A stretch of DNA of 64,000 nucleotides. It comes from Eledone cirrhosa (Eukaryota). Location: contig OZ024741.1 of NCBI GenBank assembly GCA_964016885.1, forward strand, positions 239,940,001 through 240,004,000. Reading direction: 5' to 3'. Shown here one piece after another: positions 38,460-50,112 of this stretch (the first letter of the stretch is position 1; each line of letters starts with the position of its first letter). A program made the position numbers and the translations under genes. Below the pieces are notes generated by a model. It made no database searches and was not told where the DNA came from. It was given only the letters and a program-made list of their open reading frames with translations.

Positions 38460-39066
38460 TTAAATTGTAGTAACAATAGCAATATATGTGAACTGCTGCA
38501 AAGTATAAATGTACTGCGTGAGAAATTAGGCATGAGAGGGTTCAGTTATTACGCGCAGGTATGGACATGTGATGTGTATGAAGGATGACAGCTGTATAAA
38601 AAGGTGAAGAGCGCTCTCAAAGAAGACTTGGGATGAGGTAATAAAAGCTGACCATGCACAATTACACCTCACCAAGACAATGACATGACCACGACCTCAG
38701 GCGCTATGCCCAACAGAAAACCTGCCCTCACAATTGCTTGAGCTGAGGCATATATCTAATGGGCAACACCTTCCTCTCACCTATCATAAAACTCCCTTTG
38801 CAGTAACCATCCCCAAGCTTCTTCTCCCTCCATCTCTAGTTCCAAGACAAAAGAGCCTAATCCATACTATAACGTGGTCATGTAGGTGACATGACAAAAA
38901 GCACCCAGCACACACTGTAAATGTGGTTGGTGTTAGGGAGCGCATCCAGCTATACAAACCAAGCCAAAATATGTGCCAGGTGAGCTGAACATGGTCCTCT
39001 GACCTGATTTTCTCCCATCCTACCAATGCAAGCGTGGAAGATGGACATAAAACGACGATGATGATG
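38460..39066 (+). mobile_element. Degenerate RTE LINE 3' fragment
   Basis: ggtatggacatgtgatg...aaggatgacagctg, aagaagacttgggatgagg and a (GAT)n tail. Confidence 0.75.
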
Positions 39067-39210
39067 AGTAACTATAACATAGATTCATCTTAGCATCCAT
39101 TTTTGAATGAAATTATACTTGGTAGAAATTCACAAAATATAAACAATTAACACATGTCTACATTTGAGATAAGGTCAAAATAATATAATAAAGTCAATAT
39201 AGTTATTAAC

Positions 39211-39376
39211 CTGATATTCCTGGTAATTCTTCATAATGTTTCATATCACCTTCATTCAATACACGTCTACTACTTCTCTTAGATGACATTGTATCTGATG
39301 TATAGTTACAAACTATAGGAGGATTATCTTCCACAGCATCATCACTGGATGTCACCACAACAGGTTGACAATATTT
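39211..39376 (-). CDS. PCDH: Protocadherin C exon 3
   Basis: 166 nt with the same splice sites as B. Confidence 0.87.
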
Positions 39377-39490
39377 CTGTTGACAAATAAAGCAAGACAA
39401 GGCTTAGGAGACATCAAACAATCCTAGTTACATGTAGTTTACAATTTAATATTGGACTATATTATTGAAGATAAAACATTGTTAAAATAA

Positions 39491-39789
39491 TTGTTTCTAC
39501 TTTAGGTAGATGGTGGTCATATTATAAGAGCATGAATAAATTTCATTATGAGTATTGATTGTTTTCCTCATTTACAGACTACAACATTCACAAGATCAGA
39601 ACTCTCTCTCTCTATATATATATATATATAATTGTTTCTACGTTAGGCACAAGGCCAGCAATTACCCAGTAAGGATGAAAGACAAAGTCAACCTCGTCGA
39701 GATTTTGAACTCAGATCATAAAGGGACGTAACTGTGCTGGAAAGCATGGCGTCCGACCCTCTACCGATAGTGCCAATCCACCGCCCTTT
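39491..39789 (-). mobile_element. Composite SINE insertion in C intron 2
   Basis: Duplicated target aacattgttaaaataat, single-copy at the empty site in B and D. Contains an internally deleted SINE, (TA)n, ~95 bp of extra sequence and a second SINE tail. Confidence 0.85.
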
Positions 39790-39867
39790 AACATTGTTAA
39801 AATAATCTTATTGTTTATCTTTTACATATAAAGTGAAGATAGAAAATATGTTAATCTTTTCACTTAC

Positions 39868-42243
39868 TGGGGTAGGTTTTGGTAAAGTTCTTGACTGAAC
39901 TGAAGCTTCATATTTATTCTGTAGCTGACCTTCTGAATAACATTCACTCTTTGATCTCTCAGAATATATATTTCTTTTTATCATCTCTTCTGTATTCCTT
40001 GACATAGCAACAGGATTATTAGACTGATACAACAATTGTTTCATCTCTGTTCTACCTTGGTATGCTGTAGTGTTTGTTGTAGTAGCTGTGTTATCTCTGT
40101 GTTTAATACATTTCATTATACACAGTGTTATAGAAACAACAATAGCCACTGATACTATTACTGCTGATGATACAATGATAATAACCCATGTCATATGGAC
40201 TCTACCTGAAGATTGTATAGGTACACTTTTCAACATTGGTGATGTCTCATTACTAACAGCCAATACCAAAGTCACACTAGTTGTTGATGACTGAACTGGA
40301 CTACCACTGTCTTTTACAACAAACTTTAGTTCATAACTTCCAGCATCATTTAGATAAACTTGTCTGGAGAATGATAAAGCACCACTGTGTGAGTTCATAG
40401 TAAACAACTGTTTATTATTTCCTTGTATGATTTCATATGTGAGGAAAGCATTGTTTCCACTGTCACCATCAGATGCTCTCAAAACTGTGATGTCACTCTT
40501 ACTCTGGGGATGGTAGTGGACATTTAGGGTGTAAGGGTCAACACTAGGAAAGGTGAAATATGGAACATTGTCATTTTGATCTAAAATCTCAACAACAACA
40601 TTAGCTGTGTCATTCAGAGATGGACTTCCATTATCTTTGACAAAAACTTCAAATTTATACACATCTTGTTTCTCTCTGTCTAATGACATGGTGGCTGAAA
40701 TAAAGCCATAACTGGTGATCAGAAATGGTAGATTTGATTTTTCTTTATGTATCAGAGAATATGTGAGTTCTCCAGCAGATCCAAGGTCAGGGTCAGTGGC
40801 ATTGACAAAACCAATAGGGAAGTCTTTATCTTTGTTTTCATAGGTCAGGAATTGGAATGTATCTTTGGTAAACTGTGGTTGTACATCATTAATATCAGTC
40901 ACTTGGATAGAGAGAGTTTTAACACTTTTAAGAGGTGGTAATCCTTTATCTTGACATGAGACAGGAATGTTATAGTGTCCTTGTGTTTCTCTGTCTACTG
41001 GTTTATTTAGAACTATTTTATATTCTTTAGATCCCATTGACTGTAGTTTGAATGTATCATGTTTGATATCACAGCTGACCTCTCCATTTTGTCCAACATC
41101 ATTGTCAGTGACCATCACATAAGCAATGAAACTACCAACTTTGATCTTCTCAGAAATGGTTCCTGAGTTATAATTGATAGCAGAAACATAATCTATATCA
41201 ATAGATGGAGGGTTGTTGTGTTGGTTGATAATGCTTACTAGAACAGTTGCTATAGAAATGTGAGGAGGACTGCCTCCATCTCTAGCTTCTATAAATAATT
41301 CATAAGTTTTCTTTTTTCCCAAACTTGAATATTTATTTAAGAAAATGTTTCCACTGGTTTCATTTAATTGGAAATAACTTTTTGCTAGATCTGATGTCTT
41401 TGGACTGAAATGAAAAGTAATTTTACCATTTTCACCAGAATCAGAATCTTTTACAGATAAAACAATGATAGGTTTAGATTTGTGATGTGTACTTTGTACT
41501 GATATATTATATAGAGGTTTAGAAAATACTGGTGGGTTGTCATTCTCATCTGTTATAGAGATATTTATATTTAAAATACCTTGTTTTGATGGTGAACCTC
41601 CATCTTTAGCTATGACTTGTAGTAAATATGTATCTTTGATTTCTCTGTCTAATGATTCTTTTAAAACTATTTTAAGAGAAGAAATACCATCTGCTCTTTT
41701 AGAGACTGACAGTGAGAATGGTTCACCATTCTTGGATTTTAATTTATAATGTATTAATGAGTTCTGAAAACCTACATCTTTGTCTATGGCATTTGGTAAT
41801 GTTCGTTTTGTGCCCTTTCCATCTGTTTCTGAGAACATTAGAGAAATTTGTCTTTTTGGAAATTCAGGTTGATGATCATTGATGTCTTCTATGATTATTT
41901 TAACTTTCAATATTTTTGTAAAAGTTTCCACTTTCTTCATTAAAATTTTAACAGTTTTAGAACATTCTTTGTTGAATGTACAAAGCTTCTCTGCATCCAG
42001 TGTCTGAGCAGTGTACAGTTTACCTGTTTTGGTGATATTAAATAACTGTGCCACCTTTCGTTTAAATTGACTGAATATTATCAATTGTTGGTCAGATGGT
42101 TTAACATTGTCTAAAAGTTTAGAATCAGCAGCAATGTCTGCTACATATGTTCCTGGACTTCTCTCTTCTTCCACATGGTAGGTAAGGTCTATGGTCAGAA
42201 CACAGTGAACGATTGATAATACAATAGACAATGACAGTAACAT
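39868..42243 (-). CDS. PCDH: Protocadherin C exon 2 coding part (792 codons)
   Basis: Same layout as A; exon start 42326; donor CCA|gtaagt. Confidence 0.95.
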
Positions 42244-42825
42244 ATTGTTGTTGACGTGTTGGTACTGGTTTAAGCCTAGATGCGTTGGGACTAGTTAAAG
42301 ATGTCCAGATGTCCTGAGGATTGTATCTAAAACAGAAAATCAATTCTCTCATTAATAATAATGAAAACAATGAAGAAAATTAAGATGTGAGACAGATTAC
42401 ACACAACTAAAAAATGCATTATTATTGTCGAAGCAATTACAAAATTTAATCTATATAAAAAAACACTCTAAGAAGACTCTAATTCATCAAAAAGCTTCAA
42501 AGTGTTAACCTCAACACACTTTAGTAGCATATTCCTCTCTGAAATACAAATCTTTTCTTAGATTTAACCCCAAATCTATTTTCTACCAAAAGAATGGATT
42601 TCACAATTATTTGCTCTTTATTACTTGATTGATCTTTTTCCTTTCATTATATGAACAACAAAGACTTTAGGCAACTGATGATGAAACTATTAACTTCTGG
42701 TGGTACAACATAGAGAGAGAGAGAAAGAAAGATAATTAATCCTAGTACTTGTCGGCTATTTCATTTATCTATTTCAGAAAGATGTGAGGCAATTTGATCT
42801 CATATATTGACATTATGATGATGTA

Positions 42826-43492
42826 TACAGGTCATTCCAGAAAAATTCAACAGGGGTCTGTCTTGGAGGTCTTCAGATTATAAAAAAAATTTTCCCATTT
42901 ATTAGTATTCATGAGAGAAGTAATTACTAAAATTTCAGTTCCACAGTATCAATCAAATTTTATGGTCATTTAAAGATTAGTGCAATTAATAAAATTTTAA
43001 AAATATTGAATTTATTTGATTTTTAGGGACCTATTACTCCATGTGGCTTTCATCCTATGCCTTTGGAACATGATTTTGTTAATATTCACCATCTGAAGTC
43101 ACTCAGATACTAAAAGCCAATTGCTTTAAGTTGGCCATTAAAAAAAAAATGTTCACTGAAAGTTTGAAAAATCTGAGTCTTGGGGGCTATTTTTGAAAAA
43201 ATCAATGTTTAGGTGGCTGTTACTGAATAACAACAACTGTTAAGCATCCCATCATGAAGTATGGCTTGGAAACTGGACAGAACACTTGAATTCAGTTACC
43301 AGTGCATCAAGGAGTTTAAAATATGGAAAAAGTGAAAAAAAGGCATTTAAAAAATTTAATTTTTGAACCCATAACTGCTTATTACAGAGTTGAAACCATA
43401 TAAGGTACTACTTCTCTCATGGAAAGTAATAAATAACGAAAATTTGAAGAAAATATGAAGACCTCTGCAGAATTTCAATGGAATGACCCATA
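42826..43492. mobile_element. Non-autonomous DNA transposon with imperfect TIRs (Tc1/mariner-like TA flanks)
   Basis: ta-caggtcattcca...gaggtcttca...atgagagaagta versus tacttctctcat...tgaagacctc...tggaatgaccca-ta. Confidence 0.6.
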
Positions 43493-44655
43493 TGACAAAT
43501 ACACATTTAGCTCTTAATATCTGTAAATTATTTATCAGAAAATATTTTGAAATGTATTCATCAATTCAAATGTTTATAGTATCTTTACTAGTGGACAGAT
43601 TATTATAAAAATGTTCAATATCAGAGTAAATGCCAGAATTCTTAATGTGATCTATGCATTGAGTTGTTTTGTATTTTTTCAATAATGTTTTCCTTATGCA
43701 GTTTTATGTAGTAAATGATTGGAAGAGTAAAAGCACATATGTACACCTCATTTCAAGGAACTATAGTTTTTTCTGATTTATATAGCAAAATAAGTAAGTT
43801 TCAACTATTTTATAAATATCTTTCAATAATTCTTATGATTTATACATAGTACATTACTATTTCAATAAATGATATCGTATATGATATTAATTTAATAAGA
43901 TTTAATATCAATTTAAATAATATACCAAAGAATAGAAAATGATAAAAGTGTGATTAACGTTCATAATTAAATTTTCTCTCAAAGCATATTTAATATATAT
44001 TCTAAACTAAACAAATATTTTTTACAAACATTTATAAATCTTTTTTAATTAGAATCTAAAATATTTTTAGACTGAACCAACTTAAAAGCAAAGGTGATAC
44101 CTAACAATATGTTTATAATCTACGACAACATAGAGCTATTTTCTTTCATGGCCAGACAGCTGTGAATTCTAATATGTCTGCCATTATGCCATGCCCATTT
44201 CTTTAACACATTATTACCTTATCACTTGCTAACAATATATCCACTATAACCAGATTTAAATACATTGTAGAATATTTCTTCATATCTTATACTAAATATG
44301 TTAACATATCTTTTATAAACCATCAACTATACAGATATAATATAACATCTTCATTACAACAAAAACAAACATACACTACAACACTACAGTATATCGACTA
44401 CTCTCTATTGTTACTGATCAATAGCTGTAACAAATATTCTAGAGACACAGAATATTATTTCTATGAAATAAAGTCCTGATGCTTAGAACAAAGTTAAAAT
44501 TGTGATATAAAACAATATAAATAACATTACTGAAAAATATGTTTGAATTATTGTTCAATCTCTTTGTTCTCAAGGTAATATTAAATATGTTAGAACAATA
44601 TCTTACAAATTTACTGAGACTTTAGTATATAAAATGAGATTAAATTGAAACTTAC

Positions 44656-45095
44656 CTCTTTCATAGTTATATCATTGGTTATTCAGTGAGAATAGAAAGA
44701 TGTATTGTTGTAGAAAGCTCCATTGTAAGTGCTGCTGTAATGGTGTGTGACAATGGCTGTATGTTGATGGAGTAGTGTAGCACGTCAGGCAGATAGTCTG
44801 CTGCTAGGATAGGGTTGTGCGTGTTATTGAAGTTGTATGTTTGTGACAGTACATCCCTCTAATAATATTGTGTATGTATTTATCCTTAAATATGATGTTT
44901 GTTTACTGTTATCAATAACTATTTACATATATATAGAAATATATTTAAATAGCTACAATATTCTATATAGTTAAACATAACATAAATGTTTGGTTTAATA
45001 ACACCAGTAACGTTTCTCTTTGTTAGTGATTTCTATCTATGTTTTAGTGAGAATCTGATTGGTTGAATGACCTAAACAGAAGACCAATGGCACAT
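44656..45095 (-). promoter_or_regulatory. Protocadherin C non-coding exon 1 and promoter cassette
   Basis: Donor at 44655, TATTTAAA 44944-44951, AACCAATCAG 45055-45064. Confidence 0.75.
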
Positions 45096-45332
45096 GTTCT
45101 CTTTAATATTGACTTGTTTTGACTAAATAGAAGGCTGCATATTTACAGTAGATAAGAAAGAGATTCAGTGATATTAATGCCTTTCCTATATATATATATT
45201 TGGATTATTGAAAACTATATTATTTTTCTTGAAATTAATATTTTCACTAAAGATTATATTTATTCATACTTAAATAAACATACATTCTATTGTAAGGAAA
45301 TAGAGTCTTTGATCATTTATTTAAATTGTTAT

Positions 45333-45373
<41 letters not shown>

Positions 45374-45375
<2 letters not shown>

Positions 45376-45795
45376 ATGATATTAAATAAACGGAAACTAT
45401 ATTTATTAAACCATATTTATTTTATTATATATATTTCAAGGGTTGACTTTGCCTTTCATCCTTACGGGGTCGATAAAATAAAGTACCAGTAATGCACTGA
45501 GTAATTGCTGGCCTTGTGCCTAAAGTAGGAACAATTATATATATTTCAAGGGTACCAAGACAACATTGGTATGCTTTCATCAGATAAAATACAAAGTTTG
45601 TTTTATAAATAGAGACATACCCAGTGAATTTCCAACCGATAAGGTATGATTTTCATGGGTATGTCTCTATTTATAAAACAAACTTTGTATTTTATCTGAT
45701 GAAAGCGTACCAATGTTGTCTTGGCACCCTTGAAATATATATAATAAAATAAATATGGTTTTATAAATATAGTTTCCATTTATTTAATATCATTG
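45374..45795. mobile_element. Fold-back MITE with a SINE 3' fragment inserted in the left arm
   Basis: Near-perfect arms around a ~30-nt loop at ~45625-45655; SINE piece ~45443-45533 flanked by duplicated tatatatatttcaaggg. Confidence 0.82.
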
Positions 45796-45891
45796 AATAT
45801 TTACTCCAGTAATCTGTTGAGTGCTCTAAATCAGTTATAAACATTTATATTTGTCGGACTTCCAACAAATTAAATACCCCTTCTACTTATA

Positions 45892-45928
<37 letters not shown>

Positions 45929-46032
45929 GTGTGTGTGTCTGTGTATGTGTGTTGGTATGTTTGATTTGTAGTAAACACTATAATTCTTACATTTACACAA
46001 AGAAATGTAGTGATGTGACTTCAATAGCATAA

Positions 46033-46109
46033 TTATACATGTTTTACTGGTGTTTCTTCACTGGAATCTTTTGATGTAGATGTATCCTTGTTTTTGTATA
46101 TATTTTGTT
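46033..46109 (-). CDS. PCDH: Protocadherin D exon 4 (terminal): (E)QNIYKNKDTSTSKDSSEETPVKHV*
   Basis: Acceptor ttccag, phase 1; frame preserved, with synonymous and conservative changes. Confidence 0.8.
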
Positions 46110-46539
46110 CTGGAATTTAGATACAAATTACAGTTTTATATTAAAATGACTCAGATAAATATATTTCAGTATTACAGAAAAGCAAGTAAAAGTTCTTATT
46201 AGTCAAAGATTTTCTAAAATAGTAACCATCATCATCATCATCATTCAACGTCCATCTTCCATGCTAGCATGGGTTTAATTATTTTGGAATTTCAATACAA
46301 CATGCAATTTTAAAAGAAGTTCTTCAAATCAGGTTTGTTATTAATTCTTCAATTTACAAAACAATATGAAAATATAAAACAAATAACATAATGGTATCAT
46401 ATATGTATTCTCAAATTTCTTAGGAGAATAGAATTTCTAGGAAGCTCTTGTACAATTGACCAAATTCATTCACATTAATTACACATTAAAGAAATGGTTG
46501 TTAATTCTAAAATATAATATATATTTGCTAGAGTCCTTG

Positions 46540-49500
46540 TAGGAAAAGTCAGTGCTACAAATTTTTCTGGGTGGGAAATGACAATGGGATGCGGGGTGTA
46601 GGTATTCTCCTAGCTGACAAGTGGGTAGATAAAGTAATCTCAGTGAACAGAGTAAATGCAAGAATCATTAAACTCAGACTAGTCCTAAATAAAACAATTA
46701 CCACAATAATATCAGCTTACGCACCCCAATCGGGGTTGCCAGACGAACTTAAGGATAGGTTTTACGAGTCCCTAATGCACACTACTGCTCTAACAAACGA
46801 CAATGACTTCCTAATCATTGCAGGAGATTTCAACGGACACGTAGGTAAACACTGTGACAGCTTCAATAGAGTCCATGGAGGTCATGGGGTTGGCACAAGA
46901 AATGAAGAAGGATTCAGACTTCTAGAATTCTGCGACGCCAATGACATGTCGATATGTAACACAAACTTCAAAAAACCCGACAACCATCTGATCATCTATA
47001 GATCAGGGGAGCATTCTAGTCAGAAAGATTTTATCCTTATCAGAGGGCGTGATAGATGGACGGTTGTAAACACAAAAGCCTTCCCTGGTGAGGAAAGTAC
47101 CTCCCAACATAGCTTAGTTGTCAGCGACCTCACGGTCAGAACTAGATGAACCTGGAAACAGAGGCCAACCAGGATAAGAAAGATCTGGAAGCTGAAAGAC
47201 CCCTCAGCCAGTAACAGATTTAAAGATAGTTTACTCGACGCCTATGACAGTAAAGAAGAACAGATAGAGACATTCAATGTAGAAGAGCAGTGGGAGTTCC
47301 TAAAGAATAATTTACTAGAGGCGACGGATGAGATCTGTGGTTGGAGTAAGACCACAAGCAGGAGGAGAGTGACTTGGTGGTGGAACAATAAGGTAGATGA
47401 GGCAGTTAAGGCCAAGAGACAGGCATGGAAAGAATGGAAGAACAGGGGAAGCAGGGTACGTTACATAGAGACCAAGAGGGAAGCTAGGCGACAAGTATAC
47501 TTAGCTAGGAGGGAAGCAGAGGATAGAAAATCCAAGCATGTTTTGCAACGTGAGGACCAGAAACAGGAGGTGTTCAATATTGCGAGGCAGTGTGTCAGAG
47601 AGAATTGTGATGTCATTGGAGAGAAGTGTATCCAGAATGATAAAGGTGAGCTTGCCCTCACAAGTGCTGAGAAGAAAGATGGATGGAAGAGCCATTATGA
47701 TAGATTACTAAATGAGGAGAATGCATGGGAAGAAGAGACCCTACTCAAAGTAGATCCTATAGAGGGGCCAGCAGTACAAGTCAGCAGCAACGTAGTAAGT
47801 AAGGCAATCAAAGATATGAAGATGGGGAAGGCAACCAGTCCATCGGGTATAGCTGCCGAGATGCTGAAGGCATCTGGGTCTGTAGGTCACACTATAACCA
47901 CACGTATTGTTAACCAGGTAATACTAGGTGTCATACCAAAAGATTGGTGCAGTAGCATCATTGTCAACTGCTACAAAGGTAAAGGTGATGCACTAGATAG
48001 AGGAAACTATAGAGGTATAAAGCTGATGGACCAGGTCATGAAAGTAACAGAAAGAGTTATAGCACAGTTGATTAGGGACCAGGTGAAACTAGATGAGATG
48101 CAATTTGGGTTTGTACCAGGAAGAGGCACCACTGATGCCCTCTTACTTGTGAGGCAGTTACAGGAAAAGTACCTAGCTAAGAGTAAGCTACTCTACCTGG
48201 CATTCGTCGATCTCGAGAAAGCCTTTGACAGAGTTCCACGTGCTGTAATCTGGTGGGCTCTTAGAAAACTAGGAGTAGATGAATGGCTTGTGAAAGCTGT
48301 ACAAGCCATGTATAGGGGAGCAGTCAGCAAAGTTAGGATTAGCAATGAGTATAGCGAGGAATTTAGCGTACAGGTTGGTGTCCACCAGGGCTCTGTTCTT
48401 AGCCCTCTCCTGTTCATCATAGTCCTGCAGGCAATAACGGAGGAGTTTAAGACCGGATGCCCATGGGAACTCCTGTATGCAGATGATCTTGCACTTATAG
48501 CTGAATCTATGGTAGAACTAGAGAAAAAATTCCAAACTTGGAAGCAGGGACTAGAAAGAAAGGGTCTCAAAGTCAACATGACAAAGACTAAGGTCCTTGT
48601 AAGTAGACGAGAAAACAGAACCCAGATCCCCTCAGAGAAATGGCCTTGCTCAGTATGTAGGAAAGGTGTAGGTAGAAACTCCATTCTCTGCCCCAAATGC
48701 AAACAATGGGTACACAAGAGATGTAGCGGGATCTCAGGAAGCTTAATTAAGAATGTAGGCTTCACATGTAGCAGCTGTGCTGGGACAGCAAGCAGCATAC
48801 AGCCACAGGAAACAAGTACCACCAATCTCTGGGAGGGCTCTGTAGAAACAGTAGACAGCTTCTGCTACCTAGGTGACCGAATTAGCAGCGGAGGTGGGTG
48901 TTCAGAAAGTACAATAACTAGGGTAAGAACGGGATGGAAGAAATTCAGGGAACTACTGTCACTGCTAGCTGCAAAAGGCTTTTCCCTCAAAATGAAAGGC
49001 AGACTGTATGATGCGTGTATCCGAACAGCAATGTTACATGGTAGTGAGACCTGGGCGCTGAAGGTGGAAGACTTATGTAGATTAGAAAGAAACGAAGTCT
49101 GCATGCTCCGATGGATGTGTAATAGTAATATATGCGAACGGCAAAGCATAAATGAATTGAGAGAGAGACTGAGCATAAGAGAAATCAAATGCTGTGTGCA
49201 GGAGAGGCGGTTGCGCTGGTATGGACATGTGATGCATATGAAGGATGACAGCTGCATAAAAAGGTGCAGAGCACTAGAAGTCAATGGAAACCGTGGAGTG
49301 GGGAGACCCAAGAAGACCTGGGATGAGGTGATAAAAGCCGACCTTACCCAATTACACCTCTCAAAGGCGATGACACACGACCGTGACCTCTGGCGTCACG
49401 CAGTAATACAGAGTACCCGACCTCCCATGGGTACAAGCTGAAGCATATAGACAATATGCCCCCACACCCTCCCACTGCAAAGTGGTCGTGGAGGTGCCAT

Positions 49501-49737
49501 GGCAAAAACGCACCCAGCCCACACTGTAAAGTGGACGTGTAGGTGCCATGACAAAAAGCACCCAGCACTCACTGTAAATGAGGTTGGTGTTAAGAAGGCC
49601 ATCCAGCTGTAGAAATCAAGCCAAAATCAGTTCCTGTATGAGCAAGGCATGGTCAGCCGACCAGACGCTGCCCACAACAGGACAACCCGTCTAACCCATG
49701 CTAGCATGGAAGAACGGATGTAAAACGGTGATGATGT
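46540..49737 (+). mobile_element. 5'-truncated RTE LINE (partial APE, RT, Cys finger, 3' UTR, GAT tail) in D intron 3
   Basis: ORF 46571..47149 (APE: SAYAPQ, GDFNGHVG), a stop at 47147-47149, then ORF 47369..49441 (RT, YADD). Ends ~25 bp from the exon-3 donor. Confidence 0.95.
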
Positions 49738-49763
49738 TGAATATAAATAAAGTAATTATTAAC

Positions 49764-49929
49764 CTGATATTCCTGGTATTTCTTCATAATGTTTCATATC
49801 ACCTTCATTCAATACACGTCTACTACTTCTCTTAGATGACATTGTATCTGATGTATAGTTACAAACTATAGGAGGATTATCTTCCACAGCATCATCAGTT
49901 GATGTCACCACAACAGGTTGACAGTATTT
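49764..49929 (-). CDS. PCDH: Protocadherin D exon 3
   Basis: 166 nt with the same splice sites as B. Confidence 0.87.
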
Positions 49930-50112
49930 CTGTTGACAAATAAACCAAGAGAAATGTGAGGAGACATCAAACAATCCTAGTTACAATAAACATCAAGTTT
50001 ACAATTTAATATTGGACTATATTATTGAAGATAAAACATTGTTAAAATAATCTTATTGTTTATCTTTTACATATAAAGTAAAGATAGAAAATATTTTAAT
50101 CTTTTCACTTAC

